Assembly: GCF_009914755.1 (NCBI RefSeq)
Contig: NC_060929.1
DNA: 64,000 bases
Direction: 5' to 3' (one strand)
DNA from: the human T2T-CHM13v2.0 reference genome, Homo sapiens
In this document: piece after piece, positions 31,043 through 47,915 of the stretch
How the letters are laid out: each line of letters opens with the position of its first letter
How positions within the stretch are numbered: the stretch's first letter is position 1
The notes under the pieces: model-generated
What the model was told of the DNA's origin: nothing
The model's database searches: none
What the model saw: only the letters and a program-made list of their open reading frames with translations
Position numbers and translations under genes: made by a program

Positions 31043-31073
<31 letters not shown>
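30882..31073 (+). mobile_element. FAM (fossil Alu monomer) with poly(A)
   Basis: Single monomer with ...GATGATC...TGTGAATAGCCACT... 7SL-like core and a 7-bp TAGCCAC duplication. Confidence 0.8.
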
Positions 31074-31739
31074 GGAGGAAAGAAAGTGGTCTCAGTTTTT
31101 AATGTAAATATTTTTAATGGTATAATGATATTTTAAGATTAATGTATATTGTATATCAGTTAACTGTAGGTCAATAATTATATAAAACTTAAGGTATGAA
31201 AAACATTTATTTTTGCTAACATATCTGTGAGTTGACTGTTGTTGGCTTGGTGAGGCTGCAAGCTGCAGATAGAGTCTAGGTATGTTTTCTGTGTGTTTGT
31301 TCCCCCTTGGATCAGTGGACTACCTGAGAATGTGTTTTTGTCACAGTGATAGAATCACAAGGAAACTCCAGTTCTGGAAGTACATTTTAAGCCATTGCTT
31401 CTCTCATGTCCACTAACATTCAGTCAGCCAAAGCACATACCTTGTCCATGGCTAACATTGATAGTATAGATAAATATACCTGATCTCTAGCAGGAGGAAC
31501 TGCATTGTCTTGGGGAAAGGTTTTAGATATAGGGAGGGGTGATGAGTTGGGAACAATAATGTAGTCTGCCGCAAACATATTAAAGTGTAACTGGATATGG
31601 TTGCTGCAGAATTTTGAACCTTTGTTTTAATTGTGATTTTTACTCTTTTCCCCCTATCTAGTGCCCTTTTGTAATACAGTAATTATCACGATTTTTGTCT
31701 GAATTGAAATCTTCTGAGATTAGATTGTCTACGAAAATA

Positions 31740-32651
<912 letters not shown>

Positions 32652-32829
32652 TAATCTTTTTAGGTGCTGTAGAATAGCCATTGGATTAAATTATTACAGT
32701 ATATTTCAGACTGCTCTATGTTGAACCCTAGTGAAATGCCTCTCAGACCTTCCTAAGGATCACAATCTCATGTCCCTTTTTTTTGTTATTAAATGCCCAG
32801 TATGTGTTAGCGATTTTAACAAAATTCAA

Positions 32830-33450
32830 ATTTTTTTTTTTTTTTTGAGACAGAGTCTCGCTCTGTCACCTAAGCTGGAGAGTGCAGTGGTATGATCTCG
32901 GCTCAGTAGAACCTCTGCCTCCCGGGTTCAGGCGATTCTCCTGCCTCAGCATCCTGAGTAGCTGGGATTACAGGCACCCGCCACCACGCTGGGCTAATTT
33001 TTGTATTTTTAGTAGAGACGGGGTTTCGCCAGGTTGTCCAGGCTGGTCTGGAACTCCTGACCTCATGCGATCTGCCTGCCTTGGCCTCCTGAAGTGCTGG
33101 GATTATAGGCGTGAGCCACCATGCCCGGCGTTGACTTCTTAATAATAACCATACTGACTGGTGTGAGATGGTATGCCATTGTGGTTTTGATTTGCATTTC
33201 TCTAATGATCAGTGATATTGAGCTTTTTCTCATATGCTTGTTGGCCGCATGTGTGTCTTCTTTTGAAGTGTCTGTTTATGTCCTGTGCCCACTTTCTAAT
33301 GAGATTTTTTTTTTTCTTGTAAATTTGTTTAAGTTCCTTATCAGTGTTGGACATTAGATCTTTGTCACATGCATTGTTGCAAAAATTTTCTCCCATTCTG
33401 TAGGTTGTCTGTTCACTCTGTTGATAGTTTCTTTTGCTGTGCAGAAGCTT
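32830..33450 (-). mobile_element. AluS (32830-33129) abutting an L1 ORF2 fragment (33130-33450)
   Basis: Antisense Alu then CCATACTGACTGGTGTGAGATGG...TTTTGCTGTGCAGAAGCT. Confidence 0.88.
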
Positions 33451-34678
33451 CAAGAAGAAAGGAATCCGATTGGTTCTGTGTCTGTCTCTTTTGGTATTCT
33501 CAGAATTATGTAGTCATTCATATAGAAAGATGATTAGGAAAATAGGACAAGAATAGCAGAAATCTACATAAAAATGTAGGAAATTAAAATTAGTTACCAG
33601 CATACAAAAAACTTCTGTATGTTATAATTACATACTATAACTCACCCCTCCTTGGCAAATATTCTCTCTCTTTTGACTTCAAAATCATGGCTTATATGTA
33701 CTTTCTCTATTTCCCAGATGCAAATATAATTAATTGACTTTATTTATCTAGGAAATGTTACTCATATCTTAATTGTAGTCATTGGCTTGAGTGACGGGTT
33801 TTGGTAATTCAACTACTATTACTTGAAAGTAGTAGATTTCATAGGATACTGTTATAAAATCTTTTTAACCTCTTTTCTGATTTCAGGAGTAATTAGTAAT
33901 TGTGGTTTACTGGAAAATTCAATGAATAGGGTGTTAAAGGAAGCAATTCATTAATAATATATGTAATCTATTGGGAGACTGAGGCGGGTGGATCACCTGA
34001 GTTCAGGAGTTCGAGACCAGCCTGGCCAACATGGCAAAACTCCGTCTCTACTGAAAATAGAAAAATTCGCCGGGCATGGTGGTGCATTCCTGTATTCCCA
34101 GGTACTCGGAAGGCTGAGGCAGGAGAATCACCTGAACTCCAGAGGTGGAGGTTGCAGCGAGTCAGGATCGCAGCACTACACTCCAGCCTGGGTGACAGTG
34201 AGACTCCATCTCAAAAAAAAAAAAAAAAAATTAAAAAATTAAATTAAAAGCGGGCTGGGCGCATTGGTTCAGGGCCGGGCACGGTGGCTCAAGCCTGTAA
34301 TCCCAGCACTTTGGGAGGCCGAGGCAGGCGGATCACGAGGTCAGGAGATCAAGACCATCCTGGCTAATGTGGTGAAACCCCGTCTCTACTAACAATACAA
34401 AAATTAGCTGGATGTGGTGGCAGGTGCCTGTAATCCCAGCTATTCCAGAGGCTGAGGCAGGAGAATCACTTGAACCTGGGAGGCAGAGGTTTCAGTGAGT
34501 CCAGATCATGCCACTGCACTCCAGCCTGGGTGACAGAGCGAGATTCTATCTCAAAGAAAAAAAAAAAAAGCAACAGAAGCAAATGAGAGTGCCTGGGAGT
34601 GGTCATTGTGGGGCCTTCCCGTTTGTGTGACCCAGGTCATGTCCCTCCCTAAGCCCTGGTCTCTCTTGCCTCCTGCAG

Positions 34679-34866
34679 GGCTGGTGAATTACCAGATCTC
34701 CGTCAAGTGCAGTAACCAGTTCAAGTTGGAAGTGTGTCTTTTGAATGCAGAAAACAAAGTCGTGGACAACCAGGCTGGGACCCAGGGCCAGCTGAAGGTG
34801 CTGGGTGCCAACCTCTGGTGGCCGTACCTGATGCACGAACACCCCGCCTCCCTGTACTCGTGGGAG
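34679..34866 (+). pseudogene. GUSBP: GUSB exon 5 homolog (188 bp)
   Basis: tcctgcag|GGCTGGTGAAT...TGGGAG|gtaatg; [22 protein letters not shown]...[18 protein letters not shown]. Confidence 0.95.
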
Positions 34867-35015
34867 GTAATGGTGGTTTGGGACTTGCGTAAGGGAGGTC
34901 TTTTGCCCCCATCTGGTAGCCCTGGCTTCAGCAGGAGCCCAGGACAGGTGAACGGGCAGGTGTGGTCCTCTGAGCTTTCTGATGTTTCCCACCCTTGGTG
35001 GGAGGCCCAGATTTT

Positions 35016-35050
<35 letters not shown>

Positions 35051-35299
35051 TTTGTTTGTTTGTTTGTTTGTTTTTGTGATGGTCTCACTCTGTCACCCAG
35101 GCTGGAATGCAATGGCCTGATCACAGCTCACTGCAGCTTTGAGCTGCAATCCTCCTACCTTGGCCTCCTGAGTAGCTGGGACTACAGGCACATGCCACCA
35201 TGCCTGGCTAATTAAAAAAATTTTTTTTGTAGGCCGGGCATGGTGGCTCACACCTGTAATCCCAGCACTTCGGGAGGCTGACGCGGGCAGATCACTTTA

Positions 35300-35581
<282 letters not shown>

Positions 35582-35841
35582 TCAGGTGATCCTCCTGCCT
35601 TAGCCTCCCAAGGTGTAGGGATTCCAGGCATGAGCCACCTCGTCTGGTCAAGGAGAAGGCCTGATTTTGAAGGGCAGGTCCCAGGGTCAGCCAGTGAACG
35701 GCAGAGCCTCTGATTGCTGCTTCTCTGCAGGCCCAGTGGCGACTTCTGGGGTGCATGCACGAGGGGTCTTCCTGCTGTAGGGCAGGCCAGATGGGGCTCA
35801 GGCTGTCGGGGCGCTCACACCTGGCGCTTTGGCTGTCGTAG

Positions 35842-35933
35842 GTGCGGCTGACTGCACAGAAGTCACTGGGGCCTTTGACTTCTACACACTCCCTGTGGGG
35901 CTCCGCACTGTGCCCGTCACCGAGAGCCAGTGG
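35842..35933 (+). pseudogene. GUSBP: Truncated GUSB exon 6 homolog (92 bp) ending at a new donor
   Basis: gtcgtag|GTGCGGCTGACTGCACAG...CCAGTGG|gtgaga. About 4 bp deleted near 35873; GUSB homology stops near 35931. Donor use is inferred. Confidence 0.8.
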
Positions 35934-36353
35934 GTGAGAGCCAGTTTCATTTGCGGTAGAGGCAGCAGAGGTTGTAGAAATGCTCCTTGAGGCAGATGCC
36001 ACACCCCAATTTCATGGAGTGATTTGGGCTGAGCCGAGTCTGCAGCAGGCAGAAGGCTCTGAGATGTTGTCCTAGCCTGGGCAAAGGACAATTCAGAGCT
36101 CGGGGGAATAGGGGTGTGCTCAGCACGACTGGGTGGACAGGCCGTTTGTTGTGAATCGTACAGGCTTCCAGGAGCGGGTGCCTGAGGCTTCCAGACAGGC
36201 TTTGGGAGGTGGCCAGAGGAGATGCCTGTTTCCGGGGCAGGAAATGGAGGGAGGGCCCAGGCTGGAGAGGTTCAGCCAGGCTGTCACAAGGCTTTGAAGC
36301 TTCCCATCTGAGAGCCTGGCTATTGGAGAGTGTGGGTTTGGAACTTGAGACTA

Positions 36354-36590
<237 letters not shown>

Positions 36591-36895
36591 CTACTAAAAA
36601 TACAAAAATTAGCTGGGCATGGTGGTGGACGTCTATGTAATCCCAGCTACCAGGTAGGCTGAGGCAGGAGAATCGCCTCAGGTGAACCAGGAGGCAGAGA
36701 TTGCAATGAGCTGAGATAATGCCACTGCATTCCAGTCTGGGCTACAGAATGAGACTCTGTATCTCAACAAAACTAAACAAAACAAAAACACAACAGTCTG
36801 TTCTGTGGAGGCCTTGGGCAGATGCTGGGAGCTCTGAGCACGGACTGGTCCCTCTGTTGGGAGCCTCTTCCCTTCATCCCTCCTGGTTAACTTGA

Positions 36896-37421
<526 letters not shown>

Positions 37422-37968
37422 TGAGCTCGTGATCCACCTGCCTTGGCCTCCCAAAGTGCTCACAGGCTTGAGCCACCATGCCCGGCCCTAATTTTTAAAT
37501 TTGTTGTAGAAACAAGGTCTTGCTATGTTGTCCAGGCTGGTCTCAAGCGCCTGGTCTCAAGTAAGCCTCCCAAAGTGCTGGGGTTCTAGGCTTGAGCCAC
37601 CTCGCCTGGCACTTGCACCGTTTTTCTGTGCATGCATCTCCACTCCCACTGCCCAGGACCTGTGGACTTAGATTTGAGTCATTACTGAGCACCTAGCACC
37701 CAGCCTCATGCCTACCTCCCACCTCGCACTACCTGTTTGCTTGATGCATTAATAAATATTCCACCTGAATCCACAGCCCATTCACTCCTGTGTTCAAGAG
37801 CTATTTCAGGAAGTGAACCTCATTTCTGGCAGTGTTCAGTCCAGTGACCTCAGCTCTGTGTACCCGGCAGGGTGGCTACGCCTCTGGGGGAGTTGGATTC
37901 AGGGGTGGGGGAGAAAGAGTGTTGTTAGAGAGCTCGGTCTAGGACTAGAGGAACGTGCCCTTATGTAA

Positions 37969-38223
<255 letters not shown>

Positions 38224-38471
38224 TAAGCCTGGCTAATTTTTGTATATTTAGTAGAAATGGGGTTTTGCCATGTTGGCCAGGCTGTTCTTGAACCCCTGAC
38301 CTCAGTGATCTGCCTGCCTCAGCCTCCTGAAGTGCTGGGATTACAGGCGTGAGCCATCGTGCCTGGCCCCCAGTTGTGTTCTGGCAGGGGAAGATGGGAC
38401 AGAGAGGATGGGAGGGTGTCTGAGCCTTTCCCGGACTGACGGAACCTGTGTCTTCTCTCTTTTGTGGACAG

Positions 38472-38556
38472 GATGGTGATTGCTCACACCAAAGCCTTGG
38501 ACCCCTCCCAGCCTGTGACCTTTGTGACCAACTCCACCTACGCAGCAGACAAGGGG
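38472..38556 (+). pseudogene. GUSBP: GUSB exon 9 homolog (85 bp)
   Basis: ggacag|GATGGTGATTGCTCAC...AAGGGG|gtgagc; [28 protein letters not shown]. Confidence 0.95.
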
Positions 38557-38660
38557 GTGAGCCTGGGGGTCCCCACCCCATTTCTCCCTGCCTTTGCCTG
38601 GGCTTGTCCTGAAGCCTGCTCATGGGAACAGCTGGAAAGAACCATGTGCTGCCAGTCTGA

Positions 38661-38840
<180 letters not shown>

Positions 38841-39386
38841 TAATGACAATTCTCTCTCTGCTTACTCTCCAGGCAGTGTGGCTTTCTGAATCCAAGGAGG
38901 CTGGGCATAGGGAGATGGGATTTGTTTGCCCGGTTTGGACTCAGCATTTTTTGTACTCGATTTAATAGACTCATAAAATGTCAAAGGTTTAAGTGAGCTT
39001 AGAGTTGATCTGGCCCAAACCTGGCTGATCAGAATCTCCAGGGGAAGTTTTATTGAAATGCCAGATCTCTGCGTTCTGAGATCCTGATTTAGTAACTCCA
39101 GGGTTGGAACCTGAGTTTTTTGTTTTTTTGTGTGTGTGTGTGAAGGCAAGGTCTTACTCTGTTGCTCTGGCTGGAGTGCAGTGGTGTGATCACAGCTCAC
39201 TGCAGCCTTGAATTCCTGGGCCTAAGCAACCCTCTTGCCTCAGCCTTCCAAGTAGCTGGGACTCCGGGTGTACACCACTGTGCCCGGCTAATTTTAAATG
39301 TTTTTGTAGAGATGGGATCTCACTATGTTGCCCAGGCCAGTCTCAAACTCTTGAGCTCAAGTGATCCTCCTGCCTTAGCCTCCTAA

Positions 39387-39716
<330 letters not shown>

Positions 39717-39987
39717 TGACTGCATTGGCCCCTTGGGTGGGAGGGCTTCTCCAGGGCAAGGTGAGGGGATGCCCAGTGCTGGGAGTGCTGCCTGGAGAGG
39801 AGTCAGTTCCAGTGGCGGGGGCCCTGGGTTTTGGCTGAGGACTGCGTGTTGGCAGCTGCTCTGCCTCTCACAGCCCTTCCCAGCTGCACACGTCGTGAGC
39901 GTCAGTGTGCAATCACAGGCCTGCCTCCTTTGGGCCACTTTGTGACCATGTTTTTTGCTTGTGGGGCAGGGTAATTTCAGGATCTAA

Positions 39988-40335
<348 letters not shown>

Positions 40336-40394
40336 TGAGTACTGAGTCATGCGGTCTTGTGGTTGCTGAACGGGCTCTGCTGCTCTGGTCCTAG

Positions 40395-40569
40395 GCTCTG
40401 TATGTGGATGTGATCCGTGTGAACAGCTACTACTCTTGGTATCGCAACTACGGGCACCTGGAGTTGATTCAGCTGCAGCTGGCCGCCCAGTTTGAGAATT
40501 GGTGTAAGACATCACAATCCCATTATTCAGAGCGCGTATGGAGTGGAAACGCTTGTAGGGCTTCACCAG
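40395..40569 (+). pseudogene. GUSBP: GUSB exon 10 homolog (175 bp, 2-bp deletion)
   Basis: cctag|GCTCTGTATGTG...CACCAG|gtaagc; [34 protein letters not shown] then frameshift near 40509; GCG at 40534-40536 replaces the catalytic Glu codon. Confidence 0.95.
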
Positions 40570-41394
40570 GTAAGCGGTGTTGAACTTTCTGCTTGTGTAT
40601 TCTCTCTGGGCAGAGATGCCACTTGCCTCCCCCACCCTGCCCTGCGCCCACTGCAGTGCTCCCCTTGCTTCAGCTTTGGGCTCACCTCCCGCTACCCTGT
40701 CCACGTTCCCTTCTCACCAGCAGCCAGGCCTCTGCCCCACTCGCTTGGTCCTCAAAGGTGGACTCCTTACTGGCCTTGTTTCCAGACAGCCTCCTATCAC
40801 CCGTGCCCAAGTGGTCTTTCTAAGAAATCCAAATTTTTATGTGTTTTTGAGACCGCCTCTCTCTCTGTCACCCAAGCTGGAGTGCGGTGGTGCGATCACT
40901 GCTCCCTGCAGCCTTAACCTCCTGGGCCCAAGCGATCTTCCCACCTCAGCCTCCTGAGTATCTGGGACCATAGGCACAGGCCACCATGCCTGGCTAATTT
41001 TTTTACTTTTGTAGAGATGGGGCCTTGTTGTGTTCCCCGGGCTGGTCTTGAATTCCTGGGATCAAGTGACCCTCCTGCCTCAGGCTCACAAAGCGCTGGG
41101 ATTTACAGGTGTGAGCCACTGTGCCCGGCCACAAATCAAAATTTTTGAGTCCTGTCATTGGCTCCCCCAGGCCCATAGGACAAAGTCCTAACCCCTAGTC
41201 AGGACACTCAGTGTCCTCTGCTCTCTCCTGGGTTTTCATCCTCTTCTCTTCTCACTCCTGGCCACTGATCTGTTTCCACTGCCCTCATTTGCTCTCCTGC
41301 TCTTGCTTGAGCTATTCTTTCTGCCTGGAATGCCCAAGTTGGCACCATAATCACCAACTAAAAGATCCTTTTCTTTTTATTTTTTTAGAGATAG

Positions 41395-41673
<279 letters not shown>

Positions 41674-42045
41674 TAGTTTTAAAATATTTTGTAGAGATGC
41701 AGTCTCGCTATCAGGCTGGTCTTCACCTCCTGTCTTGGACTCCCAAAGTACTGGGAATACAGGCATGAGTCACGACACGTGGCTGAAAAGATTCCTATTT
41801 GGCATCTGAGTCTCCTCATAGCTGTCCCCTCTGTGGGGAGGTTTACCCTGCCTGCCCCAGGCGGAGGGAACCTTCCCCGTGCTCTGCCCTGTTGCAGCCG
41901 GAACCTGGCTCCCCCAACATTCTCGCCAGGCACCGTTGTTATTTCTTTGGCTCTCTCTTTGATCGGACTGTGGGCTCAGGAGACAGGAGTCCTATTTATT
42001 GTTGTTTCCCAGGTACTCTGCAATAGCTGACACAGTACATGCTAA

Positions 42046-42653
<608 letters not shown>

Positions 42654-42743
42654 TAGTCAAGTAGGGGGAAGTGATTTGTGGATATGCACCCTTGTTCATT
42701 CTCTTTGAAAAGGTAACCAGCTCTGAATTCTTTCTCCTTTTAG

Positions 42744-43041
<298 letters not shown>

Positions 43042-43295
43042 TGAATTCTTAAGAAACTCGAGAGGGTCTAGGTGAGCATTGATAGAACCTCTGCAGTGCT
43101 GGGTGTGCTGGCTCACACCTGGAATGCTAGCCCTTTGGGAGACCGAGGTCAGAGGATCTCTTGAGCCCAGGAGTTTGAGACCAGTCTGCACAACATGGAC
43201 CCCATCTCTACAAAATATTTAAGATGAGTTGTGGCTGGGTGCAGTGGCTGACGCCTGTAATCCCAGCACTTTGGGAGGCTGAGGTGGGTGGATCA

Positions 43296-43747
<452 letters not shown>

Positions 43748-44567
43748 CTACATGTGGCTATTGAGGTCTTGATATATGACTAGGATAACTGAATTTATCT
43801 GGTTTAATTAAAAAAAATTTTTTTTTGAGACAGCCTTACTCTGTTGCCCAGGCTGGAGTGCAGTGGCGTAATCACAGCTCACTGCTCAACCTCCTGGGCT
43901 CAAGTGATCCTTCCTCCTCGGCCCCCCAAGTAGCTGGAGCCACAGTCATGCGCCACTATACCTAGCGAATATTTAGCCTTTTTATAGAGACTGGGTTTTA
44001 CTGTGTTGCCTAGGCTGATCTTGAACTCCTGAGCTCAAGTGATCCTCCTGCCTCGACCTCCCAAAGTGCTGGGATTACAGACCTGAGCTACCATGCCCAG
44101 CCTGGTTTAGTTTAATTTCATTTTACATTCATTCATTCATTCATGAGATAGGGTCTTGTTCTGTCACCCAGGCTGGAGTGTAGTGGTGCAAACCACAGCT
44201 TTGACCTCCGGGACTGAAGCAGTCCTCCCACCTCAGCCTCCCAAGTAGCTGGGACCACAGGTGTGTGCCTCCATGCTTGGCTAACTTTTGTACTTTTTGT
44301 AGGCTAGTCTTGAACTCCTAGGCTCAAGCAGTCCTCCCACCTCGGTCTCCCAAAGTGCTTGGATGACAGACATGAGCCAGCGCGCCTGACCTAAAGACAT
44401 ATTTTTCCTTCTAGTGTAGTTCAGCCTTAAGACTGTATCAGCAGACAGAGACGGAAAAGTAAGAAAAATTGAGTATCAGGTTATATTTATAAATAAAGCA
44501 GTTGCTAATTGATGGTTTTTTTTTAAACCTCCTTTTTAATTCTGGGTTACATCATTCCCTGGCTGTC

Positions 44568-44887
44568 GTTTCTTTTTTTGTATTTTTTTTTATTATTATT
44601 ATACTTTAAGTTTTAGCGTACATGTGCACATTGTGCAGGTTAGTTACATACGTATACATGTGCCATGCTGGTGTGCTGCACCCACTAACTCGTCATCTAG
44701 CATTAGGTATATCTCCCAATGCTATCCCTCCCCCCTCCCCCCACCCCACAACAGTCCCCAGAGTGTGATGTTCCCCTTCCTGTGTCTATGTGATCTCATC
44801 GTTCAATTCCCACCTATGAGTGAGAATATGCGGTGTTTGTTTTTTTGTTCTTGCGATAGTTTACTGAGAATGATGATTTCCAATTTC
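44568..44887 (-). mobile_element. L1PA2-like 3' end (320 bp) with 12-bp TSD
   Basis: Antisense young L1 3'UTR; TSD TCCCTGGCTGTC at 44556-44567 and 44888-44899. Confidence 0.93.
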
Positions 44888-45046
44888 TCCCTGGCTGTCT
44901 TTACCCTAGCATCAGTGAGTCCTGCAGTCCCTACAGCCCCCAGTGAGGACAGATATTTTGGTCACCATCAAGTGGATCTTTATTTTTATCTAACATTTAC
45001 AATTCTGCCAGTTCTTACTCTTAATTCTCTTTGCCTTGAATCCCAG

Positions 45047-45182
45047 GATCCACCTCTGATGTTCAGTGAAGAGGACCGGAAAAGTCTGCTAGAGCAGTGC
45101 CATCTGGGTCTGGATCAAAAACGCAGAAAAGACGTGGTTGGAGAGCTCATCTGGAATTTTGCCGATTTCATGACTAACCAGT
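45047..45182 (+). pseudogene. GUSBP: GUSB exon 11 homolog (136 bp)
   Basis: tcccag|GATCCACCTCTGATG...AACCAGT|gtaagt; DPPLMFSEE...[14 protein letters not shown]. Confidence 0.95.
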
Positions 45183-45651
45183 GTAAGTGGCAGTTTAGCG
45201 CATGGGATAATGTACCCGTCCTCATTTTTTCAGGTTGCCTTGCCCATTCTGGACATTTTGGCTGTAAGAATATTGGAAACAAAGGGGGGAACCTGGTTTA
45301 ATCCATGTAGGTTGTGTTGAGAATTTCCTAGGAAAAGTAAGTTGTGCTTAGGAAGTAGGAAAGCAGTCAGGCCCCCGCTTCCCACGTACGGTCAAAAAGC
45401 AAACATGAGAGTCTGCTATAGTGAGATGGAAATGGCTAGCTTGCCTTTTTCTTGTCTATTTCATAGCCAAGGATGAAGGAAAAACTGGACCTCATTATGG
45501 ATTTACTTTTGGGATACACTCATTATTCCAGAGGAGGGTAAAAGGCTGAGAAGCTTAAGGTATTTCAGTCTGTTTTATGTTACTCATTTGCGAAAAGCAG
45601 GCTCATCGAATACAGGTGAGTTTCAACGCGTCTTGAATATGGCAGCATTTA

Positions 45652-45777
<126 letters not shown>

Positions 45778-46051
45778 CTACAAAAACTAAACAGATTAGC
45801 TAGGTGTGGTGGTGTGTGCCTGTAGTCCTAGCTGCTTGGGAGGCTGAGGCAGGCGGATAGCCTGAGCACAGGAGTTGGAGGCTGCAGTAAGCCATGATTA
45901 CACCACTGCACTTGAGCCTGGGCAGCAGAGTGAGACCTGTCTTTAAAAAAAAAAAGGAGCTGGGCACGGTGGCTCATGCCTGTAATCCCAGCACTTTGGG
46001 AGGCCGAGGCAGGCAGATCACGAGGTCAGGAGATCGAGACCATCCTGGCTA

Positions 46052-46234
<183 letters not shown>

Positions 46235-46681
46235 TCAAAAAAAAAAAAAAAAAAAAAAAAAAAAGAAAGGGTCTTCAAAGACAATAAGATCTGTGCTCTC
46301 ACGTAGGGTGGATGAGGGGCTGCCAAGTTAGCAATGAATGTTTCCCATTTCTTCTTAGTTTATGGACTTTCCATAAACTCAGGATGGCAGTTTGGTTGGT
46401 TGGAGAAGGATATGGTGATGGCGGGAGTTACAATACATTACTTATAGGGGAAGATAGGCTTTTGAAAGGTTAAAGCTTAAAAGTGAGAATGGAAAAGGGA
46501 TGAATGAATGAACATGATGAGGTGAGAGGGAAGAGGTAAAGGGAAAAGGAGAACAAGCAACTCTTCTCTGCGTGGCACCTGGGATGAATGGTTTCTGGGG
46601 ACATCCCTGATGGCAGTTTTGTGGAGAGGTGCAAAGCTTTATGTGTTAAGAAATGAGCTGTAGGCTCAGTGCAGTGGCTCA

Positions 46682-47191
<510 letters not shown>

Positions 47192-47629
47192 TTATCTCTA
47201 GAAATTAATTCTTACTAATGGATGTCTGTCACTGTAAGATCCTTCTCTCCTCTGAAATAAGGAGAACATTTTAACTTCAGTAGTTTAAACTAGTGTCCTA
47301 AACTATAGCATTCAAAATGAGATAATATGCTAAAGTAATACACAAACCAAAAATCCCAGTGGCTAACACAAAAAGTTTTTCTTACTCATTTTACATATCC
47401 AGGGTAAGTCAGTAATAGACGCAGACACACCCAGAGACCAAGGATGAGTTGTGATCTGTCTGCACACATAGTTCACAATGCCTGAGTGAGTTGTGCTTTG
47501 GCCTTTAAACTTCCACTCATGTTTAATTAATAAAGATTTTGCTCAAATGCCATTTGATGATGAGTTTCATGACGATGATCAACTTTAAAAGAACTTGGAA
47601 GTACAATCCTCAAGCGTTTCTGGAAATAG

Positions 47630-47915
47630 CAGAACTACAATATTTGAGAAAAATATTTTTTAATGTATAAAAAATTGGCAGGGTAGGCTAGCAAGCAAGA
47701 GACCTAGAGAAAAGTTGATGTTACAGTCTCAAGTCGAAAGGCAATCTGCAGGCAGAATTATTTCCTTGAGGGATCTCAGTCTTTTAATATAATCAATTGA
47801 CTGGATGAGCCCTACAATATTTTGGAAAATAATCTGCTTTTCTCAGAAATTACTGATTTTCATGTTAATCTCATCTAACAATACTTTCAGAGCAACATCT
47901 ATACTGGTATTTGAA
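47630..47915. mobile_element. MLT2-like ERVL LTR fragment
   Basis: ACTGGATGAGCCCTACA...AATCTGCTTT...CATGTTAATCTCATCTAA. Confidence 0.65.

Noticed and set aside
30882-31073. 7SL or BC200 ncRNA gene
   Set aside because: Lacks the SRP S-domain and the BC200 unique tail; best explained as a diverged FAM monomer.
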